Positions 60,535 to 64,000 of a stretch of DNA of 64,000 nt are shown here, piece after piece; within the stretch, counting starts at the first letter, position 1, and each line of letters begins with the position of its first letter. The notes under the pieces were generated by a model. That model worked only from the letters and a program-made list of their open reading frames with translations, was not told where the DNA came from and ran no database searches. The position numbers and the translations under genes were made by a program. Origin of the DNA: an uncultured delta proteobacterium (GTDB lineage Bacteria; Desulfobacterota; Binatia; UBA9968); NCBI GenBank assembly GCA_963760795.1, contig CAVXEP010000032.1:1-64000 (forward strand), in the 5' to 3' direction.

Positions 60535-62052
60535 TTATGACGCGGCCTTGATGAAATCGGCGGCGCGCTCGCCGATCATCATACTGGTCAAGTTCGTATT
60601 GGCGTGGGCGACTGTCGGCATGATCGAGGCATCGCCGACCCAGAGATTTTCCATGCCGTGGACCCGCAGGTGCTGATCGACCACGGCCAATGGATCGCTG
60701 GCGAGACCCATCTTGCAGGTGCCGACACCATGAAAATAGCTGGTGTAGGTCGAGCGGGCGAACTTCTCCCAGTCCTCTGTTGGACTTGGCGAAAACAGCT
60801 CGCCGCAGTATTCACTCAACGGCTCGGTAGCGGCTAACTTTTGAACGAACTTCATCGCCGCGATCATGGCTCGGAGATCTTTCGGATGTTCGAGCATGCG
60901 CGGGTCAATGACCGGCAGTTCGGCGGGATCCTTGCTCGCCAGCGTCAGTTTGCCGCGGTTGGTCTGTTCCAAGAGATGGCAAGAGAAGCCGATCATGTCG
61001 CCGATCCCCGACACTGTGGTGATCTCGCGCAAAATAATATGAAAGTCGATATAGTCGCGCGCCGGATCGCTCTTGTAATACAGCTTCAAGGTCGAGCGGC
61101 CGCGCGCTTGGGGCTTGTCGCGGTCGGTCTTGGCTTTGAGAGTCATCGTGATGACCGGATGGTCTTGATAGTTTTCACCGACGCCCTGCAGCTCGTGAAC
61201 AACTTGAATACCGTGCCGAGTCAATTCCGCCTTTGGACCGATGCCCGAGAGCATTAGGATTTGCGGCGAGTGGTAGACGCCGGAACTTAAAACGATCTTG
61301 CCGCTGGTGACGCTCAATTCGCGTCCGTCTATTCGATAGCGCACGCCCTGGGCGTTCTTGCCATCTAATATCAATGAGCAGACTTGCGCATCGCCGATGA
61401 CGGTGAGATTGCTTCTTGCCCGGGCTGGACCGAGGTAGGCGACTGCAGCGGATTGGCGTTTGCCGTCTTTGATGTTGCGCGCGGTCGGCGCGACGCCATG
61501 GGGATTTTCCACGTTCTGGTCGGCGAAGCGCGGCACGCCGAGTTTCACCAACGCATCGAGAAAAGCCTGTTCCTGGTCTCCCAGCGGCGCGTCGAAGACA
61601 TGCTTGCGCTTAACGTAAATCGGCCCGGAGTTGCCGTGAATAGGGCTGTTGGGAAAATCCTGATCCGACTCCATGCGCTTGAGCACCGGCAAAACTTTGT
61701 CCCACGACCACTCCGGATTGCCCTGTGCCGCCCAGGTATCGAGATCGGCTTTGATCGGCCGCGGGATCGACATCATGTTCACCGACGAGCCGCCGCCGGC
61801 AATTCGCCCGGCGAGTGAATAAAACTCGCTGCCGTCGAAGTTGCGCTGGGTCGGATACATTATGATGTACGGGCTTTCGAGCAAGACGTTGGTCGCCTTG
61901 TCGGCATCGGCGACGGTCTCGGGGATGGGCTGAGGGTCCGGCCCGGCTTCGAGCAGCAAAACTTTTCGCTTGGGATCCTCGGACAATCGCGCCGCGATCA
62001 CGCAGCCCGCCGAGCCGCCGCCGGCAACGATGACATCGTAAACCTCGGACAT
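60535..62052 (-). CDS. GMC family oxidoreductase (choline dehydrogenase-like)
   Basis: GGGSAG, GGGSSVN, SPQILMLSGIG, HGVGTCKMG, ANTN. Confidence 0.92.
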   Translation of the reverse strand: MSEVYDVIVAGGGSAGCVIAARLSEDPKRKVLLLEAGPDPQPIPETVADADKATNVLLESPYIIMYPTQRNFDGSEFYSLAGRIAGGGSSVNMMSIPRPIKADLDTWAAQGNPEWSWDKVLPVLKRMESDQDFPNSPIHGNSGPIYVKRKHVFDAPLGDQEQAFLDALVKLGVPRFADQNVENPHGVAPTARNIKDGKRQSAAVAYLGPARARSNLTVIGDAQVCSLILDGKNAQGVRYRIDGRELSVTSGKIVLSSGVYHSPQILMLSGIGPKAELTRHGIQVVHELQGVGENYQDHPVITMTLKAKTDRDKPQARGRSTLKLYYKSDPARDYIDFHIILREITTVSGIGDMIGFSCHLLEQTNRGKLTLASKDPAELPVIDPRMLEHPKDLRAMIAAMKFVQKLAATEPLSEYCGELFSPSPTEDWEKFARSTYTSYFHGVGTCKMGLASDPLAVVDQHLRVHGMENLWVGDASIMPTVAHANTNLTSMMIGERAADFIKAAS

Positions 62053-62067
62053 CCCATACTCCTAACT

Positions 62068-62243
62068 CGTTCAAGCCGTTTAAACGCTACGCTCAGATCA
62101 ATCGCTGCGCTCCGTTAAAACCGTCAGATTAAATTCTGTCAAATCATTCAGTCCTTCGCGCCGTGTTCAAACGATTGAAACCTCCGGCGAACAACGGCTT
62201 GAACGGAGCATAGCGGTTGAACGGCTTGAACGATTTGAACGGT
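62068..62243. repeat. Family A-related hairpin, intergenic
   Basis: cgttcaagccgtttaaacgctacgctc ... ttgaacggagcatagcggttgaacggcttgaacgatttgaacgg. Confidence 0.75.
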
Positions 62244-62253
62244 GCCGGGCTAT

Positions 62254-63210
62254 TTACTGCCATTCAACTCCCATTTGCTTCAGCCGCCGGCGGTATTCCA
62301 CCGCGGGGGTGTCGGGGCCGCGCAGATGCAACTCTTCGGCGAGGTCGAGGGGCAGTTCCCAGGGACGCTGGGACTCGACGATGGCTTTGTCTTGCGCGAA
62401 AATCTTGCGATGCTGGGCGTTCAATTGCTCGTCCGGTTTGGTATCGCGGTAATTGCGCCCGGCGAGACGGAAAAATCTGGTTTCGTTATTAGCCACCGGC
62501 GTGCACAGATAAATATTGGTATGGCGCTCGTCGCCGCCGGGCTGGCTGCGCTGGATGATGACCATGAACGGCAGGATGACCGTGTAGCGTTGCTTTGACG
62601 GGCTCTGCGCGCGCAGGCGATTGACCGGTGTGTCGATCTCATATTGAAAACCGCCGGTCACTTCCTGGAGTTCAATCACCGGGGACTCGGCTTGCTCGGG
62701 GTCGCCGAGGATGCCGGCGTGGACCCAGGGAAAATGGGAGAAGTCGGCGAGGTTCTCGATCATGCGCGCGGCGTTGGCTTTCCATTGGCCGTCGGAATTG
62801 TACGGCGCCCAGGTGAAAGCAGGATCATCGATCTCCGCCGGAAATGCCGGAATGTCCTGTAACGGTTCGTCGAGACAGACCCAGACCAGACTATGGCGTT
62901 CCTGCACATGGTAGGATTTGGCCCGTGCCTTGGTGGGTATTTCACGGTCGGGGGGCAGCGAGGGGATTTTTACGCAAGCGCCGTCCGCGCCGTAATTCCA
63001 GCCATGGTAGGGACAGACGAGCTTGTCGCCATCGATCCAGCCCAGCGACAGCGCGGCGCCGCGATGGAGGCAGAGATCATAGAACGCCGAGACTGTGCCA
63101 TTGACGCGCCAGAGCACCAACGGCTGGTCGAGGAGCCTTACCGACATGGGTTTGTCGGTCAGATCTTTCGACCACAGGACGGGATACCAAAATTGCCGGA
63201 GAACATTCAT
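62254..63210 (-). CDS. Rieske non-heme iron oxygenase alpha subunit (VanA/demethylase-like)
   Basis: CLHRG..CPYHG Rieske motif, ENLADFSHFPWVH iron site. Confidence 0.88.
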   Translation of the reverse strand: MNVLRQFWYPVLWSKDLTDKPMSVRLLDQPLVLWRVNGTVSAFYDLCLHRGAALSLGWIDGDKLVCPYHGWNYGADGACVKIPSLPPDREIPTKARAKSYHVQERHSLVWVCLDEPLQDIPAFPAEIDDPAFTWAPYNSDGQWKANAARMIENLADFSHFPWVHAGILGDPEQAESPVIELQEVTGGFQYEIDTPVNRLRAQSPSKQRYTVILPFMVIIQRSQPGGDERHTNIYLCTPVANNETRFFRLAGRNYRDTKPDEQLNAQHRKIFAQDKAIVESQRPWELPLDLAEELHLRGPDTPAVEYRRRLKQMGVEWQ

Positions 63211-63364
63211 GCGCTAGCTCCTACCGATTCGATCATCAACTGTCTTAGCAGATCATGTGCCGGTTCTGTCAAGCTAGCGGCGCGGCCAAGCTTTTTGCTA
63301 GGCAAGCGCAATCCGCCATGTTACAAGGCGGCCAGCTAACGAGAGACACCTGGAGCTCTCAATA

Positions 63365-64000
63365 ATGAGGAAAGCGATCATGATGCCAATCCTTATCGCA
63401 ATCATCCTAGTCTTTGCATTGTCAACGCCGGCAGGGGGCCAGGAGCGAATTAAATTTCCCGTCGGCGTTTCGTCCAAAGTCTTGGGTTACGGGACTCTAT
63501 GGGCGGCCTGGCGGCGCGGTTATTTCGAGCGCGAAGGGCTCGATGTCGACGTCGTGCTCATGCGCGGCACGGCGCCGGCGGTGCAAGCGTTGATCGGCAA
63601 CTCGATCTCGGCGGCGTTGCTCGCCAACGACGGGCCGATCACCGCTGTCGAGCAGGGCGCCGACCTGGTCATGGTCGCCAGCGGCAGCAAGATTACCCAC
63701 ATGCTGATGGGCGCGAAGAATTACAAAACCTACGAAGACCTGCGCGGCGCGACCATCGGTTCGTCCACGTTAACTTCCGGCACGACCTTCGTGTTGCGCC
63801 GCGCGCTCAAGCTCAAAGGGCTCGAGTATCCGCGCGATTACAAACTCCTGAGCGTCGGCGGTACTACCGAGGCGTTTCTGGCGATGAATGCCGGCCAGAC
63901 CGCCGCGTCGATGATGGCCGTGCCCTATTCATTCCGGGCACAAGAGCTGGGGTTTAATTTAATCGGCCGCATGGTCGATGTCTTTCCCAATTACCTGCTC
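63365..64000 (+). CDS. ABC substrate-binding protein, NMT1/SsuA-like (partial, runs off the window)
   Basis: Manual translation MRKAIMMPIL..QERIKFPVGVSSKVLGY; paralog of 40074; absent from the ORF track because no stop is reached. Confidence 0.82.
   Translation, partial: MRKAIMMPILIAIILVFALSTPAGGQERIKFPVGVSSKVLGYGTLWAAWRRGYFEREGLDVDVVLMRGTAPAVQALIGNSISAALLANDGPITAVEQGADLVMVASGSKITHMLMGAKNYKTYEDLRGATIGSSTLTSGTTFVLRRALKLKGLEYPRDYKLLSVGGTTEAFLAMNAGQTAASMMAVPYSFRAQELGFNLIGRMVDVFPNYLL

Noticed and set aside
1-64000. tRNA, rRNA, riboswitch or prophage genes
   Set aside because: No recognisable signatures by eye; an Infernal/Rfam scan would be needed to exclude small RNAs.

Overview
GC-rich bacterial chromosomal window. 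Gene content and repeat style resemble Binatota/'Deltaproteobacteria' MAGs (inference). Many single-base indels suggest an imperfectly polished assembly. The window is dominated by solute-binding proteins: 17 TctC/Bug-type (12 in one tandem array), 4 ABC_sub_bind-type, 6 NMT1/SsuA-like and 1 family-1, against one complete tctBAC set, one orphan tctB and no ABC permease or ATPase. These are interleaved with CoA-dependent and aromatic catabolic enzymes. Main observations: (1) an intact IS110 element whose CT core, circle-junction promoter and all four bridge-RNA guides can be read from the sequence, inserted into a palindromic repeat flanking a DUF559 nuclease gene; (2) hairpin repeats built of short tandem units (GTTCAA and AAAATCC families) that are intergenic in some places but elsewhere encode the signal peptides or N-termini of binding proteins, with signs of leader exchange and cassette-like organisation; (3) a tandem duplication of a hybrid sensor kinase that lacks its phospho-acceptor His and has a divergent N-terminal sensor patch; (4) about ten REP-like repeat families filling most intergenic gaps. 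No rRNA, tRNA or CRISPR array was seen.
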